In this document: positions 20,558-29,064 of the stretch, piece by piece | Position numbering within the stretch: position 1 is the stretch's first letter | Layout of the letters: every line of letters starts with the position of its first letter | Source: Waterburya sp. | Lineage (GTDB): Bacteria; Cyanobacteriota; Cyanobacteriia; Cyanobacteriales; Xenococcaceae | Assembly: GCA_965217895.1 (NCBI GenBank) | Contig: CBDCJV010000002.1 | Span: 4,320,001 to 4,384,000 of the forward strand | Direction of reading: 5' to 3' | Length of the DNA: 64,000 nt | The notes under the pieces: generated by a model | Told to the model about the DNA's origin: nothing | Databases searched by the model: none | The model's input: the letters and a program-made list of their open reading frames with translations, nothing else | Translations under genes and position numbers: made by a program

Positions 20558-21004
20558 TCACTCTAAATCATCATTTAAGATTTGCTCAAGAGAATAAGGA
20601 CACTCAAGAGGCATATCGGCTATTTTCGATTTAAGTACTGCTTCTTTTCTGGCTCTATTATAAATAGTTTCTAATTCTTGTTCTGCGTAGTTTTTTAAAG
20701 TCTTAGAATCTAAATATTGCGACAGTTCAAACCTAAAGTTACTAATTTCTTCTAACCAACCTCGACCACTGCATTCCCTTTCTGAATGCCAATAATTGTA
20801 GAGTAACAAGTGTTTGATTAGTTGCTTCAGAAAGCTAACAACCGCCCGTTTTTCACTCCTACCCAAATCTTTTATTTCCTCGATTAAATTTTCCCAATCT
20901 AATTGATTCAATTTGCGTGCCTTTAAAAGTTCTGTAGTTTTTTCTAACCACAGAAAATAATCTTGCTCGTATAGTTGGCTTAATTCTGATGTCTGAATGT
21001 TCAC
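20558..21004 (-). CDS. DUF29-family protein
   Basis: LYEQDYFLW, LDWENLIEEI, CPYSLEQIL. Confidence 0.9.
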   Translation of the reverse strand: MNIQTSELSQLYEQDYFLWLEKTTELLKARKLNQLDWENLIEEIKDLGRSEKRAVVSFLKQLIKHLLLYNYWHSERECSGRGWLEEISNFRFELSQYLDSKTLKNYAEQELETIYNRARKEAVLKSKIADMPLECPYSLEQILNDDLE

Positions 21005-21230
21005 CTAATATTTTACGGATTTGTTGGATGGGTATTAGTATTTGAAATTATAAGTCATTTTATATTTAATTATACTTGCTTACTTGTTACTTGACATGAT
21101 AATGTATACATAGTGGAAAATTATGTGCAAAGCGACCTTGCACTGTTAAGATGCAGTTGCGTTTTAAAAAAACAGCATTGCTGAATCTAGCTGTTAGTGA
21201 ATTTATAATAAACATTGCCACAGGGAAGTT

Positions 21231-23225
21231 CTACCAAAAATACCCTTTCTCTACAATAGTTTGACGGGTATTAGGATTATACTCAAGCAAATATTCTTGA
21301 GAAATAGCTTCTTGTTCGCGTAGCATGGTTACTTCCTTTTCTCCTACCTCTGTATCGGTGGACAGCAAAATTACCTGATGAGATGCGGTAGGGAAATACC
21401 GCTCGACTAAGTTATGACGATGAGAAGAGTCTAATCTGCCTAACGGTGTATCGATGGCAATAGGTAAATTACGTCCTGAAACTCTAGCCAAACCCCATAA
21501 AAATGCGATCGCCAGCAGTTGTTTTTCCCCAGCCGAGAGGCGTTGTTTGGGAAATAGTTGACCATCGCGATCGTATAGTTCTAGTTTAAAGCGATCGCTA
21601 TCAATTGTCACGCGGTTAATTAAATTGGATTTATGTAGCAGATATAGAAAGCAGTCCTTGACTTCAGTTTCTAATTTATTAAGTTTTTTGAGGGTAAGTT
21701 TTTCTTTAAATAGCTTAAGAGTTTCTTGTACTTTAGTTGCCGACTTAATAATATGTTCATCGCCAATTTTGTCAATCGCTTCTTCACTGTAGTTTTTTAG
21801 CTTACGGTTTAAGTCTTGCTGGATGCGATCGATTTCTTTATCAATATTTTGCAGTTTATCTTGAGCTAAATCGTATAAGGTTTTATATTTACTCACTGCT
21901 GCTTTTCCATCTTCCACTGCATCAATCAATTTTTGATAATCTTCTGGAGATGCAGCACTAGCTAACTGAGTTTCAGTAATATTTATTTTAGTTTTTAGCT
22001 GTTCAATTTCCTTAATAATATTCTGAGATAGCTTAGTTTCTATTGCCAAACGATCTTGAGGAATACTAATTAACTGCTGTAATTGCTTTTCTGTTAAATC
22101 CAAATAACTATCTGCCGTAGCTTTAATAGAATCTGCAATAGTTTTATTTTCTGTGGCGATAAAAAATTCTATTTTGTTAATTGATTCCGTTGATAAAGAA
22201 ATGCTATTTAAATAATTTAATAACTTTTGATCTCTAGCCTTTAGAACAACTTGTGCTTGCTTAAACTGCTGGGATTTAACTTCTTCTTCTCCTTGCTTCT
22301 TGGCATTAGCTAATAAAGGTACAATTAACCCCAAGGGTAAACTACTTTCAGCTACTTTAATCAATTCCTGTCTTTTCTGTTCCAACTGACTATTAAAATC
22401 TTGAATTTTAGCCTCAATTACTTCTCTAGTCGCTGCAATTTTACCACCTTGCTGATTGAATTTACTTTTAGCGCGATCGCGTTGTTTATGAGTCTGCTTT
22501 AATTTTTTTTCTATCTCTGCAAAATCTTTTTGTAACTGCTGCTTATTATCCTTTTTAACTACTAACTTCTGCTCAATTTCTTCTATAGTTAACAACTGTG
22601 CTTTATTAGCTACTGCTTTGCGTTTTCGATTAACCAAAACTGACAGATCGACAGATAGCCTCTCTGCCAATTCTAAGCCCAACAAATTATTAATTGCTTC
22701 AACTACAGCAGGAGGAGGAGTATCTAACTCAGCTAATTCCTTAACTTGTTCTCCATCAAACAGAAATAAATTAGAAATGCCTAAAGGTAGAATGTTTTCA
22801 ATATATTCATCCCAGTTATTTTCTAAGTTGCTATCAAACCTGTCTTCTCTTTCAATGCTTAGGCTATCCTTACCGTCTTTTAGATCTTTATTCCAAGCAC
22901 GAATAATTTTAAACTGTTGCCAATGTCCTTCAAAAATATCTTCAAAAGATAATTCAATTTTAGTTATATCTGCCGATGTAGCTTGACTATTTATTGACTG
23001 GCATAAAAACTCACCATAGCCTAGATTACCTCTACTAGAACATTTAGCCCTTTGTCCGTATAAAGCTAAACGAATTGCATCCATCAAGGTAGTCTTACCG
23101 CCACCATTCATTCCGCCTAATAAAATAATTGGACGAATACTACCATCGTTTTCTGGGCGTAAATCAATCGTTTGCTTTCCAGCATACGCACCAAAATTCT
23201 CAATAACTAATTCAGTAAATATCAT
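21231..23225 (-). CDS. dndD: DNA phosphorothioation ATPase DndD
   Basis: SMC-like: ENFG, GMNGGGKTT, LFLFDGEQV, coiled coil, LSAGEKQ, IDTPLGRLDS.HR, LSTDTE, C-terminal GYF; directly follows dndC. Confidence 0.93.
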   Translation of the reverse strand: MIFTELVIENFGAYAGKQTIDLRPENDGSIRPIILLGGMNGGGKTTLMDAIRLALYGQRAKCSSRGNLGYGEFLCQSINSQATSADITKIELSFEDIFEGHWQQFKIIRAWNKDLKDGKDSLSIEREDRFDSNLENNWDEYIENILPLGISNLFLFDGEQVKELAELDTPPPAVVEAINNLLGLELAERLSVDLSVLVNRKRKAVANKAQLLTIEEIEQKLVVKKDNKQQLQKDFAEIEKKLKQTHKQRDRAKSKFNQQGGKIAATREVIEAKIQDFNSQLEQKRQELIKVAESSLPLGLIVPLLANAKKQGEEEVKSQQFKQAQVVLKARDQKLLNYLNSISLSTESINKIEFFIATENKTIADSIKATADSYLDLTEKQLQQLISIPQDRLAIETKLSQNIIKEIEQLKTKINITETQLASAASPEDYQKLIDAVEDGKAAVSKYKTLYDLAQDKLQNIDKEIDRIQQDLNRKLKNYSEEAIDKIGDEHIIKSATKVQETLKLFKEKLTLKKLNKLETEVKDCFLYLLHKSNLINRVTIDSDRFKLELYDRDGQLFPKQRLSAGEKQLLAIAFLWGLARVSGRNLPIAIDTPLGRLDSSHRHNLVERYFPTASHQVILLSTDTEVGEKEVTMLREQEAISQEYLLEYNPNTRQTIVEKGYFW

Positions 23226-23245
23226 TTAAACATTTATCATTGCGA

Positions 23246-23287
23246 GACAGTTGCATTGCGGAGGTTTCCTCCGTTGAGCAAACTGTC
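23246..23287. repeat. Short palindromic dispersed repeat between dndC and dndD
   Basis: gacagttgc..cggagg-ttt-cctccg..gcaaactgtc hairpin, flanked by aacatttatcatt / aacatttaccatt. Confidence 0.6.
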
Positions 23288-23327
23288 GAGGGTGAACATT
23301 TACCATTAAACATTTGATATTCGATGC

Positions 23328-24947
23328 TTACTTGTTATTAGCAGCAACCTCGCCACTTCCTTCAACGGAGTGGCTTGCAAATTTCATACTCGCCCAATTA
23401 GCTTTATTATCTTCTTTAGGCTTATTTAACTGTTCTACTTTTTCTTTTACCCCTTCAATATCACCTTGTTCAGCAGCAGTTTTTAAGTTATATTTTTGAT
23501 GAGCATTTGCGATCGCTTCTTCTTGACTTCTAGAACTAGTATCAAAACACTTTTCTAAACTATCATAGATACCTAAACGGCGATTTTTAACATGAAACTG
23601 CCTTTCCGTATCTAACAGCTTCGACATCAACTCTAACTGCATCTCATCATCACATATTTCTGCTAAAGTTTCCCATTCATCATTACCTAATAACTTTTCA
23701 TCTGCGCCTAATCTAATATCTTTAAACACTTCTCCTGTTATCTCTTGATAAATGCGCGGAAGACTATCATCAAACTCATGCTTTTCTTCCAACCAAATTC
23801 TTCTAATTTCGCTCAATTCTTCATCAGTAATTAAACTAATATCCTTAAATTCTTCTGGCGCATTTTGTTTAACTTCAACTTGTGCAGACAATACTCGCCT
23901 TAACCAAGTCTCTCGCCATTTTTTAGTATAAGGTCCTGGGATAGGTTCAATAGAAGTTTCTCCATCTTTGTTACGTTCAAATAACTGTACGTTACCACGA
24001 AGACGACGAAAATCTCGCCGATGGCGATCGTCTTTCATGTCTAAATCATTACGAATATCCAACAGAGGCTGCAACCATTCTTTCTCTTCATCATTTTGGA
24101 TCATCGCTTCCATAGACTTATCTTTGTTTACCATTGTGCATACCCAACAGCCAAATCTAGAATCACCACAGCTAGGAGTAGACGTATCTACTACCATCGG
24201 GCATTCGCTGTCAGCAGTTGCCCCACGGTACATAGCGAATAAGTCTTTATTATCTCCACCCCAAGGGTTATCCCACTGCATAAGGTACATCCAAACCTCA
24301 TTGGTAGTCCAGTCTTCAACTGGGGTATAGATTAGCGAGTTAGGCAAACTGGCATTTGGGCTAAGGCGATTGCGTACTCTTTTTTGTTCGTGCTTTTTCA
24401 TTGTTGCTGCACGTTTAGCACTTTCAGCTTTTCGAGTACCTAAAACCAATATTGTTTCGCCATGAGAACGAACTGTTTGTCTAATAAATTGATTTGCTGG
24501 CTTAATTTTCATTCTTTCCGTACACCAACGAAACTGATTTCTTGGAGCAGGATAACCTTTCCCCATTAAACAAACCCAAAAAGAATTTTTTACCTCAGGA
24601 TGAAGCAAATTTGCCTTAAATGGCATTTCTTTTTCTATTGCTGCTTCATCCAGTTTCTTTATAGAATTTCTTACCCAAGCTGATACGATCGGATTTTCTA
24701 CAAGAGTATCAGTGGAGATAATATAAACTGTCTTAGTTTTTTTCTCTAATGGCAAGGCTGCGATCGCATTCCAGATTAGTTGCAACACACAACTACTATC
24801 TTTCCCCCAGGAAACACCAATAATCCAGGGTATCTCATCCTGACAATATAATTCCTGAATTTCAGCAGTAAGAAACTCGATACTTTCTATGAATTCAGGA
24901 GTACCGCGCTTATTCAATTTATTTTTTGTTTGTTTTGCCAAGCTCAT
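23328..24947 (-). CDS. dndC: DNA phosphorothioation sulfurtransferase DndC
   Basis: PAPS-reductase-like S.GKDS, DTLVENP, GYPAP..FRWCT, LGTRKAES, SCGDSRFGCWVCT, PGPY. Confidence 0.95.
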   Translation of the reverse strand: MSLAKQTKNKLNKRGTPEFIESIEFLTAEIQELYCQDEIPWIIGVSWGKDSSCVLQLIWNAIAALPLEKKTKTVYIISTDTLVENPIVSAWVRNSIKKLDEAAIEKEMPFKANLLHPEVKNSFWVCLMGKGYPAPRNQFRWCTERMKIKPANQFIRQTVRSHGETILVLGTRKAESAKRAATMKKHEQKRVRNRLSPNASLPNSLIYTPVEDWTTNEVWMYLMQWDNPWGGDNKDLFAMYRGATADSECPMVVDTSTPSCGDSRFGCWVCTMVNKDKSMEAMIQNDEEKEWLQPLLDIRNDLDMKDDRHRRDFRRLRGNVQLFERNKDGETSIEPIPGPYTKKWRETWLRRVLSAQVEVKQNAPEEFKDISLITDEELSEIRRIWLEEKHEFDDSLPRIYQEITGEVFKDIRLGADEKLLGNDEWETLAEICDDEMQLELMSKLLDTERQFHVKNRRLGIYDSLEKCFDTSSRSQEEAIANAHQKYNLKTAAEQGDIEGVKEKVEQLNKPKEDNKANWASMKFASHSVEGSGEVAANNK

Positions 24948-25100
24948 TCCCCTTTAATTGCCGAAGCACAGGTGTTTCTAACACTACAATATCCTAGCGG
25001 TAATCAAACATTCTTTCAAAGAACTTTAAATTTTGATGATCTTTATGGGAATACTATTTTGTAGCGTTTGTAATAATATTTCAACAAGGAGAATGTCTTA

Positions 25101-25769
25101 GTGTCATGGCTTTATGGAGATAATATAGTTCAGAGGCTTGGAGAAAATGCTTTTTTATACGATTTATCTAAAATTCGTGGCGTTTCAGCGATTCTTAACC
25201 GTATCCCAGATAATATGTCAGGAGTATATGCTTGGTATCGTAATTTTAATATAGGTGCTGCTGCACAAAATAATCCAGATGTATTTGTTGCCAATATTCT
25301 TCAAGAACTATATAAGCCGCATTGTGTCACACGAGAAAGCCGTCTTCCTCCATCTCATAGATTAATAGTTAAACCAGAAACAACATTTTCTCCCAGAAAA
25401 CAAAAAGCTTTGAAATACTACGCTGCTAATCCCCATTTTAGAGAGCTTATAATTACTTTGCTACACAACTGTTTATTATTTCAGCAACCATTGTATATAG
25501 GAAAAGCTATCAATATACGAACAAGAATTAGTAATCATCTAAGTGTAGATAGCAAGTTAAGAGAAAGATTGGAAGATGCCGAACACAACTTAGAGCAGTG
25601 TAGGCTACTAATATTAGGATGTTCAGCAAGTATTAATTACGATGCTTTAGAAAATGCTGAATTGGAAGATGAAAACGAAAGTGAATCTTCACAGCTAGAG
25701 TCGGAATCTTTAATCGAAGATATTTTGTCTAGATTATTTTTACCATCGTTCACTATTAATTACGGATAA
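25101..25769 (+). CDS. Atypical GIY-YIG-like nuclease
   Basis: GVY (aa 41-43), YIGKA (132-136), R142, H146, E206; about 88-aa insert between the two motif halves. Confidence 0.6.
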   Translation: MSWLYGDNIVQRLGENAFLYDLSKIRGVSAILNRIPDNMSGVYAWYRNFNIGAAAQNNPDVFVANILQELYKPHCVTRESRLPPSHRLIVKPETTFSPRKQKALKYYAANPHFRELIITLLHNCLLFQQPLYIGKAINIRTRISNHLSVDSKLRERLEDAEHNLEQCRLLILGCSASINYDALENAELEDENESESSQLESESLIEDILSRLFLPSFTINYG

Positions 25770-25771
25770 TT

Positions 25772-27766
25772 ATGCTTGTAATCTCCAAAGAGGAAAGTAA
25801 CAATAAATTTAACAAACCATTATACGGACTCAAAGGGCAATATACTCTAGCCGAAGGTATATCCCTACCTTATTTTTTATGTACTATGCCAATCGAAAGG
25901 GCAATTAATGAATTAAAAATTGCCGAGCAAGTACCAGCCTCTTTAGAAGCAAAATGGTCACTAAAAGAGCTTTTTCAAAGAGAAATCGATGAAGATCGAA
26001 TATTACAAGATATTATTAAAAGTTATTTGCTAGATAGTAAAAAATTAAAGTTTTTTAATGCTATTACAATTGTCTTAATGCCTAAAGGCGAAGATGAAAA
26101 AATTCAAGATCGATTTCAAGAAAATGAAGAGGATACTCCGCCACCTATTCCTTGGGATGGTAGCAATGAAGAAGATGCTCAGTGGAATCATCCAGAAGCC
26201 AAAAAAGCAGATTTTGGTGGAGTACAATTTGTTTCTATTGAACAACAAGCTCGTCTGCGTTGGGATGAAAATAAAGTATTAGCTGTTGCTGTTGATGGGC
26301 AACATCGTCTTTGGGCATTACGAACTTTTCGGGAGAATGAAAAGTTTCGTGGTGGTACACTGCGTGCCACTGAAAAGCAAACACACATTCCTGTAATATT
26401 CGTTTTATTACACCAAAAAGCAGGCTTTGATAATACCCAAACTCAAGTAAGTCATTCAATTAGAAGTATTTCCCGTGAACTTTTTACAGATTTAAATAAG
26501 AATGCCAAAACTGTAGATAGAGCCAGAGAATTAATACTTGATGATAAAAGTATTCATGCGCGATGTGTCAGAACTTTATTAACTGATAGTACCGCGCAAG
26601 ATGCCAAAGATTTATTGCCACTGTCATTGGTACGTTGGCAAGATGATGTTAATAAATTTGATAACTCCTATTATCTTAATTCTTTAGTTCATCTCGATCT
26701 TCTAGTTAAAGCTTTATTGGATTTAGATGAACCAAAAGATCCAATGGAAAAAAAGCAAATTAAGCAATTCATAAAAGATATTAATAAAACGCTTGGAGTT
26801 AATAATAAAGAAATACAATATGAGGGACGGACATTAACTCAATATTATGAAGAAGATTGTTGCGACGAAGATGGTAATCCTCAAACTCCTTTTTCACGCC
26901 TACCAGAATATTATCTTGAATCTGCCATCCAAGGTTTTGAACAAAATTTTCGCCCTTGGCTAATTAAACTATTAATAAAATTTGAACCATATCGTACTTT
27001 ACTACAATACGCTAGAGAAAAGAATTTAATTGAAGGAACTTTTGGACAGTATCAAGCTCAAACTGCTAAACACAAAAGTATGCTTAAGGAACAGGAAATA
27101 GCAAAGGATAGTGACTGGTTTAAGCGAGAAATAATTACACCACAAAATGAAATTGCTGATATGAAGCAAAATCAGTGGGCATTTAAAGCAATTTTTCAAA
27201 AAGCAATAGTTCGCCTTGGCAAAATAGTAGAATTTGATAATAAGGGTGAAGATGAAAATTTGGGTACGATTGAAGATGTTTTATCTTTTCTAGATCATCT
27301 ATATGATGCAAGTATTTTGAAAGTTCGCAGAGATATTTCAGAGTTGCCCTTAAGTTTATGGACTTTTATTGCTTTAAATCCAGGTAATCAGAAAATAAAA
27401 GTCAACAAGGCTGTAGAAGATCGAATTTTTTCTATCTTATTACTTTGGTATTACGGAAACCGTAAATTACGACAAGATAAAGAGCAAGGAAAGCCACAAC
27501 TTACCAGACGAGAACTTTTAAACGTTTTCAAGGCAGAAATAAATAAAGCTCAATGGGCTGGTTGTACCGATGCCTATAAAGCTTTATATAAAGGATTTGA
27601 CATTGCTACTTTTTATCCTTTTTATGGAAAAGAAAAAGACGAAATAGCTAAAGAAAGACAACAAAAATTAGTTAAAGAGCATTTTTCTAAAGTTTTAGCT
27701 ATAGGAATTCCAGAGTTGGCTAATAAAGTCGATGAGACTTCTTTAGAAGATGAGGAATTGGATTAA
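25772..27766 (+). CDS. DndB-family DGQHR-domain protein with long C-terminal extension
   Basis: FQR (aa 68-70), FFNAIT, DGQHR (175-179), FTDLN..AK (238-246); about 400 further residues unassigned. Confidence 0.8.
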   Translation: MLVISKEESNNKFNKPLYGLKGQYTLAEGISLPYFLCTMPIERAINELKIAEQVPASLEAKWSLKELFQREIDEDRILQDIIKSYLLDSKKLKFFNAITIVLMPKGEDEKIQDRFQENEEDTPPPIPWDGSNEEDAQWNHPEAKKADFGGVQFVSIEQQARLRWDENKVLAVAVDGQHRLWALRTFRENEKFRGGTLRATEKQTHIPVIFVLLHQKAGFDNTQTQVSHSIRSISRELFTDLNKNAKTVDRARELILDDKSIHARCVRTLLTDSTAQDAKDLLPLSLVRWQDDVNKFDNSYYLNSLVHLDLLVKALLDLDEPKDPMEKKQIKQFIKDINKTLGVNNKEIQYEGRTLTQYYEEDCCDEDGNPQTPFSRLPEYYLESAIQGFEQNFRPWLIKLLIKFEPYRTLLQYAREKNLIEGTFGQYQAQTAKHKSMLKEQEIAKDSDWFKREIITPQNEIADMKQNQWAFKAIFQKAIVRLGKIVEFDNKGEDENLGTIEDVLSFLDHLYDASILKVRRDISELPLSLWTFIALNPGNQKIKVNKAVEDRIFSILLLWYYGNRKLRQDKEQGKPQLTRRELLNVFKAEINKAQWAGCTDAYKALYKGFDIATFYPFYGKEKDEIAKERQQKLVKEHFSKVLAIGIPELANKVDETSLEDEELD

Positions 27767-27996
27767 ACTTAAATCTTAATTGTGCGATCGCCTTCAATCA
27801 AAACAAACAACTTTCTCTGCGCGAAATAAAAAAGCGATCGCCTTATGAGAAAAATTGTGACAGATAAGCTAGCTTAAAGTTATATTGTCACAAAAGTACG
27901 CAAATTCAACCAGAATATTTGTAACCAGACCCGTCTCAGATGTATCCTGAATAAATATAATAAATATAGATTAACTATTAACTGAGGATTGGCATT

Positions 27997-28956
27997 TTGG
28001 ATACACACGAATATGATGTTGTCATTATTGGAGGCGGTCCTGCGGGCTGTACCTGTGCGCTGTATACCTCAAGAGCCAGCCTCAAAACGGTTATTATAGA
28101 CAAGAATCCTGCGGTTGGCGCATTGGCTATTACCCACAAAATTGCTAATTACCCTGGGGTATCTGGGGAAATGAGTGGGGATGAATTGCTCAAGAGCATG
28201 AGAGAACAGGCAGTTGAATATGGTACTGTCTATCAGCGCGCTCAAGTTTTTGGTATTGATGTTAATGGCGAGATGAAAAAAGTCTACACGCCAGAAGGTA
28301 CTTTTGTAGGTAGATCTTTAGTACTAGCAACAGGAGCAATGGGTCGCAGTGAAGCATCTTTTGAAGGAGAGTCAGAATTTTTAGGTCGTGGCGTTAGCTA
28401 TTGTGCTACCTGTGATGGAGCATTCTATCGCGATCGCGAAGTGGCGGTAGTTGGCTTAAACCAAGAGGCTGTTGAAGAGGCACAGTTTTTAACTAAGTTT
28501 GCTTCAAAAGTTCATTGGATTACATTTAAAGATCCCAAAGAAGAAGACCATCATGCTCACGATCTATTGGCTATGTCTAATGTTAAACATTGGCGACGTA
28601 GCCGTTTAGCGTCTATTGAGGGAAATGATGCTGGAGTAACGGGAGTTAAAGTTAAAATAAAAGGTGAAGACGAACCAAAGCCTTTAGAAGTAGAGGGGGT
28701 CTTTGTATATCAAAACGGCTCTAAGCCGATTACAGACTTTATTGGCGATCAGGTAGAAATTAATCCTGATGGTGGCGTGAAGGTGGATGATGATATGTCT
28801 ACTAGCGTCCCAGGGGTTTGGGCAATTGGAGATATTCGCAATACTCCCTACAAGCAAGCTGTGGTAGCTGCGGGAGATGGCTGTATTGCTGCTATGGCTA
28901 TCGATCGCTATCTAAACCATCGCAAAACAATTAAACCTGACTGGGATCATACATAA
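27997..28956 (+). CDS. trxB: Flavin thioredoxin reductase (DTR/FFTR-like)
   Basis: GGGPAG, ATG, GVSYCATCDG, WAIGD motifs. Confidence 0.8.
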   Translation: MDTHEYDVVIIGGGPAGCTCALYTSRASLKTVIIDKNPAVGALAITHKIANYPGVSGEMSGDELLKSMREQAVEYGTVYQRAQVFGIDVNGEMKKVYTPEGTFVGRSLVLATGAMGRSEASFEGESEFLGRGVSYCATCDGAFYRDREVAVVGLNQEAVEEAQFLTKFASKVHWITFKDPKEEDHHAHDLLAMSNVKHWRRSRLASIEGNDAGVTGVKVKIKGEDEPKPLEVEGVFVYQNGSKPITDFIGDQVEINPDGGVKVDDDMSTSVPGVWAIGDIRNTPYKQAVVAAGDGCIAAMAIDRYLNHRKTIKPDWDHT

Positions 28957-28970
28957 AAAGTTTGCAGAAG

Positions 28971-29001
28971 GCATTAAACCCAACAACTTTAGGTTTAATG
29001 C
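28971..29001. terminator. Hairpin between convergent trxB-like and GT2 genes
   Basis: gcattaaacc / ggtttaatgc inverted repeat. Confidence 0.45.
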
Positions 29002-29064
29002 TGCTACGTAGATAGCCAATCAAAAGACTTAAAGCTTAAAGCTGAGAGCTTATAGCTTTTCTAG

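Noticed and set aside
19952..21004. Uma2 and DUF29 genes as members of the dnd defence system
   Set aside because: Both families are highly multicopy and scattered in cyanobacteria; Uma2 is convergent to the dnd genes; adjacency alone is insufficient
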